Shown here in pieces: positions 36,646 to 46,239 of a stretch of DNA of 64,000 nt. Origin of the DNA: an uncultured Gammaproteobacteria bacterium (GTDB taxonomy: Bacteria; Patescibacteriota; Microgenomatia; Daviesbacterales; UBA10151). Both the position numbers and the translations under genes were made by a program. The DNA lies in the NCBI GenBank assembly GCA_964547465.1, contig CAZJNI010000005.1, positions 7,020-71,019 on the forward strand, read 5' to 3'. The notes beneath the pieces are model-generated. The model was not told where the DNA came from. It did no database searches and saw only the letters and a program-made list of their open reading frames with translations. How positions within the stretch are numbered: position 1 is the stretch's first letter; each line of letters begins with the position of its first letter.

Positions 36646-37703
36646 CTCTTACTGGAATTAGCTGGATATATTACCCGTCCCATTGATCTTAAAATATTTT
36701 CACCATCATATATTTTTTGACCCCTAATAGTTACACCTGTTATCCTCCCTTTTACCTTTTTTCCGGCAAATGGTGTCCAGTCACACTTGGTGAAAAAGTT
36801 TTTAGGGTTTAGGGTATAGGGTATAGTATCTTCAACTTCAATATAAGTTCTGGAATCTGTTGGGGTATTAAAAATTTTGGCAGGATTGCTGTGGCAAAGA
36901 CGAATAATATCCTCTACTTTTAATTTATCCTCATGGACTGCTGTTAAAAGCAGCGGCAGAGTAGTTTCCAGTCCGGGAACACCAAACGGCGGATTAGCTC
37001 CATTTTTCTCTTGTTTGGTATGAGGAGCATGATCAGATTCTATAATATCAATAACATCCAAATTCTGCCAAAGATAATCTTGGTCTTTTTGGCTTTTTAA
37101 GGATGGCTTCATTAGGCCAAATGGGCCCAATCTTTTTACATCTGCCTCTGTCAAAAACAGATGATGAGGAGTAACACCACAAGTTATAGGTAAACCCGTC
37201 TTTTTAGCCAAAATAATGCTAGACAGTTCCTCTTTTGAGGAAACGTGGCAAATATGAGTCTTTTTTTGTGTAGTGCGAATTACATTCAAAGCCATTTGCA
37301 TAGTTTCACCTTCGCAATGTAGCAGTATTGGTTGATTCGAAGGCCAACTCTGATAAATCCTAGTTAGCTTTTCTTCATTAATTAGGAAGTTTCCAGTCGT
37401 AGAATTTAAGTAGAGTTTAATTCCAAATGCCAAATCTTTTACTTTTTCAAATTCATCCAGATTATCTCCCAGGGATCCAAAGTAAAAACCTACATCACAT
37501 ATGGCGTTTTTTCTGGCGAGCTCTATTTTCTCTTGAAGCTTATCTTCACTAGTAATAGGTTCTTTATTATTGGGCATATCCAAAACCGTTACAAAACCAC
37601 CGGCAATTGCAGCCTTCGTGCCGGTTAAAAAATCTTCCTTATGTTCCTGACCAGGAGTTCTTAAATGTACATGGCTATCAATCAGTCCTGGAAGAATAAT
37701 CAT
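36642..37703 (-). CDS. pyrC: Dihydroorotase. The likely start is the Met at 37703. The ORF track extends it to 37916.
   Basis: Contains PGLIDSHVHLR, and the metal-binding His/Asp residues are conserved. Confidence 0.85.
   Translation of the reverse strand: MIILPGLIDSHVHLRTPGQEHKEDFLTGTKAAIAGGFVTVLDMPNNKEPITSEDKLQEKIELARKNAICDVGFYFGSLGDNLDEFEKVKDLAFGIKLYLNSTTGNFLINEEKLTRIYQSWPSNQPILLHCEGETMQMALNVIRTTQKKTHICHVSSKEELSSIILAKKTGLPITCGVTPHHLFLTEADVKRLGPFGLMKPSLKSQKDQDYLWQNLDVIDIIESDHAPHTKQEKNGANPPFGVPGLETTLPLLLTAVHEDKLKVEDIIRLCHSNPAKIFNTPTDSRTYIEVEDTIPYTLNPKNFFTKCDWTPFAGKKVKGRITGVTIRGQKIYDGENILRSMGRVIYPANSSKR
36801..36828. repeat. Heptamer tandem repeat (TTTAGGG/TATAGGG) x4 inside pyrC.
   Basis: Period-7 repeat. 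Confidence 0.8.
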
Positions 37704-37764
37704 TGAGAGTTTATAGAGTTTAATATATCTTGATGTAATTTTAAAGTACCTGTACAATCTAGAT

Positions 37765-38025
37765 ATGGCTAAAAAGAACGGATTTATATTCCATAAAGAG
37801 TTAATGCAACAGCTGGTTACTTTATCTACCTCTGCTTTTGGTTTGGCTGCAGCTTTAGCCTGGAATGATACTATCCAGCAAACTGTTAAGGAATTTATTG
37901 AACCAAGAATTCCCAATTCAGGATTACTTTCCCGCTTTATTTATGCAGCAATGGTGACTGCATTGGGAGTTATTGTCACCTTTGAACTCTCCCGCCTTGC
38001 CTCCCGCTGGGGCATTAAGAAATGA
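37765..38025 (+). CDS. Small membrane protein (86 aa), DUF5654-like.
   Basis: Two hydrophobic segments and an AFGLAAALAWN motif. Confidence 0.4.
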   Translation: MAKKNGFIFHKELMQQLVTLSTSAFGLAAALAWNDTIQQTVKEFIEPRIPNSGLLSRFIYAAMVTALGVIVTFELSRLASRWGIKK

Positions 38026-38641
38026 TATACTAACTTTAATGTCCCAAAAAGGGCTTGCACCAATAACTATAATAGTTGGGATTTTAATAGCAGTGATTAT
38101 TGCTGGTGGAGCATATTATTTAGGAAGACAAACTACTCCCAAATCCTCACCTGCTGTTGTTTCCCAAACTCCACAACCTACTCCATCTCCAACTCCAGAT
38201 GCCAGCCCTGTACCGAATGGTACCGGGGAAACTGCCAACTGGAAAACATATACAAATACAGTCTATCAGTATTCTTTAAAATATCCGCCTCATTGGCAAT
38301 ATATCATATGTCAATCTTCTAATAATTTTTACTTTGATCCTAATCCTGCTTGTGAAACTGATGATCCTGGGGTACTTACATTGCACATTGATAACGAAAT
38401 AAAACAGCCACTTATTAATATTAGCGATGAATTTCAGGCGGTAAGCAAAAAGGTGGTCACAATAGGAAATGAGCAGGGAGAGAAAATTTTAGTTGAGAAA
38501 GTGAAACCAGCACCAGGAGCAGATAAAATTACAATTGCTGCAGTAACCCACAATGGTAAAACTTACACATTTAACCTACAAGACATTAATGAAGAAAATA
38601 CACTTGATCAAATCCTTTCCACCTTTAAATTCCTACCTTAG
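37973..38641 (+). CDS. Membrane-anchored hypothetical protein with a Pro-Thr linker.
   Basis: TM segment ITIIVGILIAVIIAGGAYYLG, then PQPTPSPTPD. Confidence 0.5.
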   Translation: MSPLNSPALPPAGALRNDILTLMSQKGLAPITIIVGILIAVIIAGGAYYLGRQTTPKSSPAVVSQTPQPTPSPTPDASPVPNGTGETANWKTYTNTVYQYSLKYPPHWQYIICQSSNNFYFDPNPACETDDPGVLTLHIDNEIKQPLINISDEFQAVSKKVVTIGNEQGEKILVEKVKPAPGADKITIAAVTHNGKTYTFNLQDINEENTLDQILSTFKFLP

Positions 38642-38667
38642 TTTTTCTCCTATTAGTCTTGCATTGG

Positions 38668-38829
38668 AACAAAGGGCGTTAAACGATGAGTGTTTTGGCA
38701 GCAGGGGGAAACGACAACTGAACAATTAGTGAATTGTCGAGGGGGTAAGCCCCCGCTAGACAAAACACGAAGAGTAGCCCGACTTCCCTGCAAGAAACTT
38801 TTGTCACACTTTTGGTTACAAAAGTGTGA
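38668..38829. ncRNA. Structured non-coding element, copy 1, of an unidentified family.
   Basis: ~80% identical to 45658-45820, with compensatory substitutions in three stems. Confidence 0.55.
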
Positions 38830-38843
38830 AGAAAAAATGACAA

Positions 38844-39998
38844 TTACAAAATCTTTCCATCCTCTACTTTTAAAATCCTGCTGGAATCTAAAAATTCCTG
38901 TGGGATGTTTTCTAGCTCTACTGTGGCAATTATGGTTTGTTGTTTAGAAACTATCTCCACCACATGAGCTCTATGATTTGCATCTAATTCTGAAAATACA
39001 TCATCAAGCAGTAAAATTGGCCTTTGATTTAATATTTTGGCCATATATTCCAGCTGGGCCAATTTAAAAGCCAAAGTGGCTGTTCTTTGTTCACCTCTGG
39101 AACCAAAATGTGCCAAATCACGTCCACCCCCACCGTCATTGCGAGGTCCGACATTCTGTCGGACCGTGGCAATCTTTACTGAATCAAGATTCCTACGCTC
39201 GCTTCGCTCGCTCGGAATGACATCTTGATATAGGATGACACGAAAATCATCCCTGTGGGGACCAATTAAAGTTTGGGCAGCAGCCACTTCCCTGCCATTT
39301 GTTTCTTTTAATTTCTCCACTGAAATTGGGCTTTGTTTGTATTCAAACTTAAACTCACCTAAAGGAGTTTCTAAACTATTAATAAAATTAAAAAAATCTT
39401 CACGCTTTACCCTTACCCCTTCACCCTGTTTGACTAATTCATCTGTCCAGTATTCCAGCTCATCCAGCCTTCCATGTCCTTCCCTAATTTTTTTTAACAC
39501 CCTATTTCTGGAAGTTAAAAATGCCTCATATTGAGTCAGAGTTTTTTTATAAACAGAATCAATCTGGGCTAAACCTAAATCCAAATGCCACCTCCTTAAA
39601 GATGGCGGACCTGTCACCATATTTATATCAGATGGATAAAAAATCACAGCCGGTAAATTTCCTATAAAATCAACTACTTTTCTGGAAATACCATTAACCA
39701 AGACTTTCTTTTTAAAATTCACATCTTTATTAGGTCTATTTAGAATTACCAAAAGTTCAGTCTCTCCTCCATCCACAACAAACCCTTCAACTTTGGCAAA
39801 TTCCTTACCTGTCTTTATTAACTCATCCTCCTGTTCTACCCTTTGAGATTTAGAAGTAGACAGTAAATATACTGCCTCTAAAATATTGGATTTACCTGCA
39901 GCATTATTGCCTACAAAAATAGTGGGACGAGCATCAAAAGTGAGTTCTAAATTAGGGTAGTTTCTAAAGTTTGTAAGATTTAGGCTTTTAAGATGCAT
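38844..39998 (-). CDS. recF: DNA replication and repair protein RecF carrying a MITE insertion.
   Basis: Walker A GNNAAGKSNILEA. SMC-like C-terminal signature. Confidence 0.85.
   Translation of the reverse strand: MHLKSLNLTNFRNYPNLELTFDARPTIFVGNNAAGKSNILEAVYLLSTSKSQRVEQEDELIKTGKEFAKVEGFVVDGGETELLVILNRPNKDVNFKKKVLVNGISRKVVDFIGNLPAVIFYPSDINMVTGPPSLRRWHLDLGLAQIDSVYKKTLTQYEAFLTSRNRVLKKIREGHGRLDELEYWTDELVKQGEGVRVKREDFFNFINSLETPLGEFKFEYKQSPISVEKLKETNGREVAAAQTLIGPHRDDFRVILYQDVIPSERSERRNLDSVKIATVRQNVGPRNDGGGGRDLAHFGSRGEQRTATLAFKLAQLEYMAKILNQRPILLLDDVFSELDANHRAHVVEIVSKQQTIIATVELENIPQEFLDSSRILKVEDGKIL
39135..39221. mobile_element. Palindromic MITE-like element of 87 bp, in-frame within recF.
   Basis: gtcattgcgag-gtccgacattctgtcggac-cgtggcaatc...cgctcgcttcgctcgctcggaatgac. 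Confidence 0.85.
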
Positions 39999-40099
39999 GA
40001 AGGGAATATTACAGGTTCAAAGTGCAAAATGCAAAGTGAAAAGTGATTGTCTTTTTCTTTTCAGAAAACTTTTAATTTTTAACTTTAAACTTTTAACTT

Positions 40100-41473
40100 T
40101 TAACTTTTATTCTCCCAATGTCCAAATCCCAAAAACTCTCTAATGTGTGCGGGCAGGAATTTTTCTGAAAAAAACAGGCTGGGTTTTAAACCAAAAATCC
40201 CTATTAAAGTAATCATTACCCCAACACCCATAAGTATCGGCGTTACACCAAATAAATCTGCAAAAATACCTGCCAATAGTACCGGGACTAAAGATAATGC
40301 TGACATGGCAGCCCCCAGTGTTGCAAAAACTTTTCCTCTATCTTCATCGGGGGTATTTTCCTGCAACACTGTTTGAGATGGTACCAAAATTGAAACCATT
40401 GCAAGTCCTAAAAGGAAAGATGAAACTATAAATAATATAGATAAAGGTGGCTGGTAAAAAAATGGTAACGGTCTTGGGATTTTAAAATAACTTATGGCCG
40501 GGAATACCACCGGGGCGATAGCCATAAATAAAAATATTAATCCTCCTAAAAGAATCCCTTTACCAACAACTACCCTTTTTATCAGAGTTGAACCGAGTTT
40601 TCCCAAAATAATTCCACCTAATACAATCCCCAACCCTAACGGAATAACTAATATGTAGGAAGCATTAGTAGCTTCAATATGCAATGATCTCTCTAAAAAA
40701 GCAGGCAGCAGCACTGCTAAAACTCCGATCACAACTTGTACTCCTGCCAGGATTGCAATTGATGTCAAAACAGGCAATTTTCCCCTGATCAGCCTTAGAG
40801 TTTGTAGAATCTCATTCATACCTATCTCCTTAACATCTGAATATTTTTTATATTTTAGTGCATGAAGAAGTTTTCTTCCCTGCTCATCAGGTTTCGCGAG
40901 AATTTTGGGAAATGTATAAGCTAAAACAAAACCTAAAGTCAATATTGCTGCTCCAAAACCAAAGATAAAATCTATTCCTAATAAAGAAATAACCAACCCG
41001 GCCAGGCCAAAGCCTATAAGGAAACATGAATATAAAGTTACGGAAAAAATCGAATTGGCTGTTAAAAGTTGTTCTCTTTTGACAATCAAGGGTATGGCTG
41101 ATGCCTCTGTTGGTAAATAGAATTGCCCCAGAGAATTAACCAAAAATGCGATCAGAAGTACTGCCGGATAATACCCTTTTAAAGAAATAAGGCTCAAAAA
41201 TAAAATTGCTAGACTAATATTAATTACCAGTATAATTTTTTTGCGATCCATTAAATCAACCAGTACTCCGGAAAATAAACTGAAAAAAACACCAGGTAAG
41301 TAAACTACAGCCATTAAGGTTGCCACAGCTGTATTAGAATTGGTTAATTTAAAAACCCAAATGATCAGAGCAAAATTTAGGGCATTATAGGAAAGCTGGA
41401 CAATAATTTGGTTTATCCAAAGGTTTAAAAATCCCCGGTTTTGAAAAACCGAGGTAAAGGTCTGTTTCTCCAT
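40100..41473 (-). CDS. MFS transporter.
   Basis: 12 or more hydrophobic helices over 457 aa. Confidence 0.75.
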   Translation of the reverse strand: MEKQTFTSVFQNRGFLNLWINQIIVQLSYNALNFALIIWVFKLTNSNTAVATLMAVVYLPGVFFSLFSGVLVDLMDRKKIILVINISLAILFLSLISLKGYYPAVLLIAFLVNSLGQFYLPTEASAIPLIVKREQLLTANSIFSVTLYSCFLIGFGLAGLVISLLGIDFIFGFGAAILTLGFVLAYTFPKILAKPDEQGRKLLHALKYKKYSDVKEIGMNEILQTLRLIRGKLPVLTSIAILAGVQVVIGVLAVLLPAFLERSLHIEATNASYILVIPLGLGIVLGGIILGKLGSTLIKRVVVGKGILLGGLIFLFMAIAPVVFPAISYFKIPRPLPFFYQPPLSILFIVSSFLLGLAMVSILVPSQTVLQENTPDEDRGKVFATLGAAMSALSLVPVLLAGIFADLFGVTPILMGVGVMITLIGIFGLKPSLFFSEKFLPAHIREFLGFGHWENKS

Positions 41474-41491
41474 ACAACTTTAGTATTATAC

Positions 41492-42409
41492 TCATTTTTG
41501 ACAATTTGGGCAAAAATATGTGCCGCGGCCCCCAAGAGTAATCTTTTTAATTTCGCTGCCATCTCTGGGGCAAGGCTTTCCATTTTTCCAATACACTTTA
41601 GCATAATCCAGGAAGTAGCCTTTTCTACCTTCAGAATCTACAAAATGTGCTCTGGTTGCTCCTCCATATTTGATCCCATTTTTGATCACCCTGATCACCC
41701 CTTTGTGTATTGCTTTAAATTCCCTATCCCCCATATCTCCCACTTTAGTCCTGGGATCTAATTTAGCATCAAAACAAGCTTCATTGGAGTAAATATTTCC
41801 TACTCCCGCAACAACTTGCTGATCCATCAAAGCCACTTTTACAGGCATGGATTTGTGCTTCAGTAAATTAGTCTTCAGAACTTGCCAAGTAAAACTTTTC
41901 TCCAGTGGTTCTGGCCCCAAATTCCCCAAATTTCCCCAATCTCCCTTAATTACTCGGATCCAGCCAAAACGCCGCTGGTCATTAAAATATAAATGTGAAC
42001 CGTCAGAAAAAGAAAAAATTACTCTGGTATGTGAATTCGGTAACGGTCCAACCATATCTTCTGTTGGGTGTCCACCGACAAAACGGGTTCCATCTTCATA
42101 GATTATTTGTCCTGTCATTTTAAGATGAAATAGCAAAGTAACATCCTTGTCATTGCGAGGAGACGCAGTCGACGAAGCAATCTGTTTTAGTAGATTGCCA
42201 CGCCCCTTCGGGGCTCGCAATGACGGGGTTAGGTCTATGCCTAATATTTTGGCTCTTCTCCAGATATTGAGTACTTTTTTACCCTGGGCCAAATTAGGAT
42301 TTCCAATGAAAGATTTGGCAGATAAAACCTGGATTTTGGTAATTTTTAACCCAATAATTTTCTTTTGCAACCCTAACTTAATTGTCTCAACTTCTGGCAA
42401 CTCCGGCAT
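41492..42409 (-). CDS. mutM: Formamidopyrimidine-DNA glycosylase (Fpg/MutM) carrying a MITE insertion and a GNLGNLG repeat.
   Basis: N-terminal MPELPEVETI and a C-terminal CxxC...CxxC zinc finger. Confidence 0.85.
   Translation of the reverse strand: MPELPEVETIKLGLQKKIIGLKITKIQVLSAKSFIGNPNLAQGKKVLNIWRRAKILGIDLTPSLRAPKGRGNLLKQIASSTASPRNDKDVTLLFHLKMTGQIIYEDGTRFVGGHPTEDMVGPLPNSHTRVIFSFSDGSHLYFNDQRRFGWIRVIKGDWGNLGNLGPEPLEKSFTWQVLKTNLLKHKSMPVKVALMDQQVVAGVGNIYSNEACFDAKLDPRTKVGDMGDREFKAIHKGVIRVIKNGIKYGGATRAHFVDSEGRKGYFLDYAKVYWKNGKPCPRDGSEIKKITLGGRGTYFCPNCQK
42149..42224. mobile_element. Palindromic MITE-like element in the opposite orientation, in-frame within fpg.
   Basis: gtcattgcgaggagacgcagtcgacgaagcaatc...gattgccacgccccttcggggctcgcaatgac. 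Confidence 0.85.
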
Positions 42410-42428
42410 GAAGTTATTCTAGCAGGAT

Positions 42429-43442
42429 TTAAGAAGATTTACCTGCCCGGGCAGGAAGGCCCTGGCGGGCTAAAGAGGCTGATTTGCATCTTTTATAAAA
42501 TTCATCCTGGGATGCTTTAATATTTTCCTCTTTACCTGCCCAGATTTTCATGGGAGCATTCTGCAATCCTCTGGAATAGGAAAAAGTCAGCGGCCAGGGC
42601 CCCCCGATTTTGCTAATTTCTAAAAGATTTTCTATGGATGCTTCATCAGATTGTCCGCCGGATAAAAATGCTATTCCCCCCGCTTCCGGAGGAACTGACT
42701 GCTTTAGTGCATCAACGCTCATTTTTGCCACAGTTTTTGAATCAGCTTGAACAGAACAATCTTTGCCGGATAAAACCATGCTGGGCTTTAAAATCATACC
42801 TTCTAATACTCCTTTATGCGCCTTAATCCTTTCAAAAACCTTTTTTAAGGTTCTGATTTGAGCTTCAAAACACTGCTCAATAGTATGATTCCCGTCAAGT
42901 AATACCTCCGGCTCCACAATTGGCACAATATCAGCCTCCTGACAAAGCGTGGCATAACGGGCTAAAACCTCTGCATTTGCCTCAATACAGGTATCTGTAG
43001 GGATTCCATCCCCTATTGCAATTGTGGCCCTGAATTTGGCAAACTTTGCACCCAGATCCTTATACTCTACTAACCTGTCTCTTAACCCATCCAATCCTTC
43101 TGCTACTTTTTCTCCTGGAAAATTAGGCAAATCATGAACTCCTTTATCTACTTTTATTCCGGGAATAATACCTTTACCTGCTAAAAGTTTGGGTATAGCT
43201 ATACCATCAGTTGTTTTTTGTCTTAGTGTTTCATCAAATAAAATTACCCCTGATAAAAACTCTTCAACACCGGGAGTGGTAAAAAGCATCTGTCTGTAAG
43301 CTAACCTGTTTTCTTCTGTACACTCAATCCCCAGAACATCAAATCTTTTTTGGATAGTTTTGGTAGATTCATCTGCTGCCAGAAGCCCTTTGGGGGATGT
43401 CATCATGGCTTGAGCTGTTTGTTTAAGAGTTATTATATCCAT
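42429..43442 (-). CDS. fba: Fructose-bisphosphate aldolase, class I.
   Basis: LLAADESTKTIQKRF matches the class I aldolase signature. Confidence 0.75.
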   Translation of the reverse strand: MDIITLKQTAQAMMTSPKGLLAADESTKTIQKRFDVLGIECTEENRLAYRQMLFTTPGVEEFLSGVILFDETLRQKTTDGIAIPKLLAGKGIIPGIKVDKGVHDLPNFPGEKVAEGLDGLRDRLVEYKDLGAKFAKFRATIAIGDGIPTDTCIEANAEVLARYATLCQEADIVPIVEPEVLLDGNHTIEQCFEAQIRTLKKVFERIKAHKGVLEGMILKPSMVLSGKDCSVQADSKTVAKMSVDALKQSVPPEAGGIAFLSGGQSDEASIENLLEISKIGGPWPLTFSYSRGLQNAPMKIWAGKEENIKASQDEFYKRCKSASLARQGLPARAGKSS

Positions 43443-43454
43443 TCTTTCTCTCTG

Positions 43455-43555
43455 TCATTGCGAGCGAACTTTAGTTCGCGTGGCAATCTAATTCATGAAT
43501 AAGATTGCTTCGTCACTCGAAAGTCGTCTAGACTTTCTCCCTCCTCGCAATGACG
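43455..43555. mobile_element. Intergenic copy of the palindromic MITE-like element (101 bp).
   Basis: gtcattgcgag-cgaactttagttcg-cgtggcaatc...gattgcttcgtcactcgaaagtcgtctagactttctccctcctcgcaatgac. Confidence 0.8.
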
Positions 43556-43556
43556 G

Positions 43557-44549
43557 TTAGTGGTGAACCGTGTTATTTATCTTTACACCAGCAGAGTCAA
43601 CTGTCAAGGTGGTCACCTTACTTTCCCCTTTCCCCTTTCCCCTTTCCCCTTTTAAATCAAACCATTTATTCTCATCCGTAATTGCAGAAATAGACACCAA
43701 ACAATCCGAAAGTTTTCCGGAAACCAGATCATCAACGCTCCATACTTTTTCATATCTTTTAGCTATTTCAGGATCTGGCGTCCAACCCCTTGCTTCAACA
43801 AAAGCTCCCAAAGCTTTTCCTGCAACAGCAGCCATCACCCCTTCCTCAAATCCCCCGGAACCCATAATCAGGTGTAGTCCTTTCTTATGTTTTTTGGGAT
43901 CCAAAAATGCCAGAATTGAAGGCATAAAATCCCCGGCTTTAATTAAAATTAAATTCACCCCGAATTTCTGGCAGGCATTAATATAGTGGGCATTTCTATC
44001 CCGCTCCATTATTACCACATTAATCTCATGAGGTTCTATTTTGAAAGTATCCACTACTTCTGCTAAATTTTCTTCCACACTATTTTCCATAGACAGCTTT
44101 CCCTTAAGTTGGGGCGGGCCGAACAGCTTATCCATATAATCAATGTCGTCAGGTGTTGCCATTAAGCCTTTATGAGTTGATACAGCAATCACAGAAACAG
44201 CTCCTGGGGAATTTAGCTTGGCAGCTTTTGACCCTTCTACCACATCATTAACCATATCCAGTTTAGGTTCTCCGGATCCGAATGTACCCATCAGGGTAGG
44301 CAGCGCTTCTCCATATTGATGAATATGTTTTCTGCCTTCTGATCCGACAATTTCTAAAGTAAACGGGATATCTGTCAATGCCGTTGCCATGGCATCCACT
44401 CCGGCCTGATCTATCAGCTTTTCGCGGGCTTTAGATTCTTCCTCCTCCAATAAATCATTTGGGGTAAACCCTCTTTCTTTAATTAGTTTGGAAACAGAAA
44501 TAGCAGTAAGTTCAGTTGCGCGGGTTATATGTTTCTTAACAGAATCCAT
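43557..44549 (-). CDS. glpX: Fructose-1,6-bisphosphatase class II (GlpX-like) carrying a (GKG)n repeat insertion.
   Basis: DMVNDVVEGSKAAKLNSPGAVSVIAVS...DIDYMDKLFGPP parallels GlpX. Confidence 0.6.
   Translation of the reverse strand: MDSVKKHITRATELTAISVSKLIKERGFTPNDLLEEEESKAREKLIDQAGVDAMATALTDIPFTLEIVGSEGRKHIHQYGEALPTLMGTFGSGEPKLDMVNDVVEGSKAAKLNSPGAVSVIAVSTHKGLMATPDDIDYMDKLFGPPQLKGKLSMENSVEENLAEVVDTFKIEPHEINVVIMERDRNAHYINACQKFGVNLILIKAGDFMPSILAFLDPKKHKKGLHLIMGSGGFEEGVMAAVAGKALGAFVEARGWTPDPEIAKRYEKVWSVDDLVSGKLSDCLVSISAITDENKWFDLKGERGKGKGESKVTTLTVDSAGVKINNTVHH
43621..43652. repeat. Heptamer tandem repeat (CTTTCCC) x4 inside glpX.
   Basis: Perfect period-7 repeat. Confidence 0.9.
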
Positions 44550-44593
44550 GAGGTAGAAGTTACACTATCGTAAGTTTTGTTCTCTGTCAATTA

Positions 44594-45358
44594 CTAAACC
44601 TGTTGTCGCTTTGGCCTGAGTCCTGTATCTTCCAGGATTTTATCTTTCTGGACATAGAAATCAGTCAACGCTTGATAATGTTGCTGCTCCCTACCACATC
44701 CAGCACAACGGAATACAGGTATCTGCTCAAAAGTCATGTGTACTGTTGCATCTTTGCCTCCCCGCATCTGTTCTGTATTATCAAAACGCTGAAATGGAGC
44801 GGAAGATTGACATTCTTCATCTAGACAAGTCACTTGTAAATTTCGATACGCCTCAGCGTTATCAGGAACTAGGGTGTAACTTCGTAAGTTGGGCGACCAA
44901 CCCGGAGGAATTAATACCACGCTCGTAGCTTCTTTATTAAGTAAACCTAAATACTTGGTTCTAGCAGCTTCAGGATACTGACCTACAATTCCATCTAATG
45001 AAGAAGCAGGTACATAATCAAGCTCTACTCCTATACCACCAGGACGCAGATATTGCACAATTTGTCGGTCGAAAAGCTGATTGAACTCTCTTTTTTGTTC
45101 TTCTGTCATATTTTGTCCAACATCATTTTGCCCACCCTGTAAAACATGAAATGATAGATATCGTCCTGGATAATCTCTTCTTGCGCTTGTACTTGTACCG
45201 ACAACACCGATATCAACCGCTCCTAAAATATTATTTACTTTTCTACGATAGAAACCTCTGAATAATGCAACATACATATATGCTCTACTTGGGGTAACTT
45301 GATTGTCGGTAAACCATCCTCTTACCTGTTCCAGTGTATTTGGTACCTGCTCAACCAT
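44594..45358 (-). CDS. Hypothetical protein (254 aa) with C-terminal Cys pairs (CLDEEC...CAGCG). Its GC content is noticeably higher than that of its neighbours.
   Basis: Intact ORF. No recognisable family from sequence alone. Confidence 0.5.
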   Translation of the reverse strand: MVEQVPNTLEQVRGWFTDNQVTPSRAYMYVALFRGFYRRKVNNILGAVDIGVVGTSTSARRDYPGRYLSFHVLQGGQNDVGQNMTEEQKREFNQLFDRQIVQYLRPGGIGVELDYVPASSLDGIVGQYPEAARTKYLGLLNKEATSVVLIPPGWSPNLRSYTLVPDNAEAYRNLQVTCLDEECQSSAPFQRFDNTEQMRGGKDATVHMTFEQIPVFRCAGCGREQQHYQALTDFYVQKDKILEDTGLRPKRQQV

Positions 45359-45475
45359 ACGGAGCGATTATATATCCCTACCTCATTATTTGCAAATTTT
45401 TCTCTATTAGCTCCAAAATCTCTTTTTTAAATCTTTCTTTAGGGTGTAATAATCTTAATATCTCTCATTGGAAAA

Positions 45476-45625
45476 TCAGATTTGTTGTTTTATATTAAGA
45501 ACACGTTCATAAAGAGCCATACGGATATACCCTGATATACTTTCTCCACTAAGCTTGCGATACTTATCAATATCTTTGCGGAGTCTTTTTGACATTAAAA
45601 CCTCAACTCTCTGCATTCTAGCCAT
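45476..45625 (-). CDS. Small ribbon-helix-helix (CopG/Arc-like) protein of 49 aa. It is not in the ORF track.
   Basis: MARMQRVEVLMSKRLRKDIDKYRKLSGESISGYIRMALYERVLNIKQQI has the beta strand plus two helices pattern of RHH antitoxins and regulators. Confidence 0.45.
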   Translation of the reverse strand: MARMQRVEVLMSKRLRKDIDKYRKLSGESISGYIRMALYERVLNIKQQI

Positions 45626-45657
45626 ATATTCTTAAATTATATTTCTTTTTTGCTTAG

Positions 45658-45820
45658 AAACAAAGAGCGTTAAACGAGGAAGATTTTGATATCAGGGGGA
45701 ACCGGAAACTGAACGATTAGTGAATTTCCGAGGGGGTGAACCCCCGATCAGCAAAATCTGACGAGTAGCTCGACTTTCCAGCAAAAAGAGTTTTGTGATA
45801 CTTTTGCGGTCAAAAGTATC
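45658..45820. ncRNA. Structured non-coding element, copy 2.
   Basis: Homologous to 38668-38829. It has no ORF. Confidence 0.55.
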
Positions 45821-45918
45821 AAATAAGAAATAATTAATGAATCCTGAAATAAATTCAGGATGACATTTTAGGAAGATTCTCCTATACTAATTCCAAAATT
45901 TCTTTTTTGAATATTTCT

Positions 45919-46239
45919 TTAAATTTGGGCAGATTTGGGGGAATCTAGCGGAATCACTCTTACTTCAACTCTGGCTTTTAATGCCTTGGCAATTTTTTCC
46001 AGAGTCTGCCGGGTATAACTTGTATAATCTGCAGACTCTAATCTGGCGATATTAGACTGCTTAGTTCCTACAAGATCAGCTAATTGCTTTTGAGTTAACC
46101 CAGCTTTTTTTCTTAAATCATAAACTTGATAAGCAATATCAAATGCCTGTCCAGTTTTTTCCATTTCATCCTTCATTTCAGGATGTCTTTTTAATAATTC
46201 TTCTGTATATCTATCTAAATCATCTTTTCTTCTTCTCAT
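45919..46239 (-). CDS. HTH-XRE antitoxin (HigA-like).
   Basis: Helix-turn-helix LTQKQLADLVGTKQSNIARLE. It overlaps the upstream toxin gene. Confidence 0.7.
   Translation of the reverse strand: MRRRKDDLDRYTEELLKRHPEMKDEMEKTGQAFDIAYQVYDLRKKAGLTQKQLADLVGTKQSNIARLESADYTSYTRQTLEKIAKALKARVEVRVIPLDSPKSAQI

Noticed and set aside
36642-37916. Long 424-aa version of pyrC
   Set aside because: The extra 71 N-terminal residues precede the conserved PGLIDSHVH start region and would overlap the upstream small-protein gene's promoter. The internal Met at 37703 gives a normal-length dihydroorotase. The longer form cannot be excluded.
38690-38947. 85-aa + ORF overlapping the structured element and the recF 3' end
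   Set aside because: The homologous copy at 45658-45820 has no ORF, and the differences between copies are stem-compensatory rather than synonymous. The ORF also overlaps recF.
40020-40125. Repeat-rich intergenic region upstream of the MFS transporter, considered as a possible CRISPR array
   Set aside because: The units are 7-8 nt microsatellites (CAAAGTG, TTTTAAC), not 25-40 nt repeats with unique spacers. There are no cas genes.
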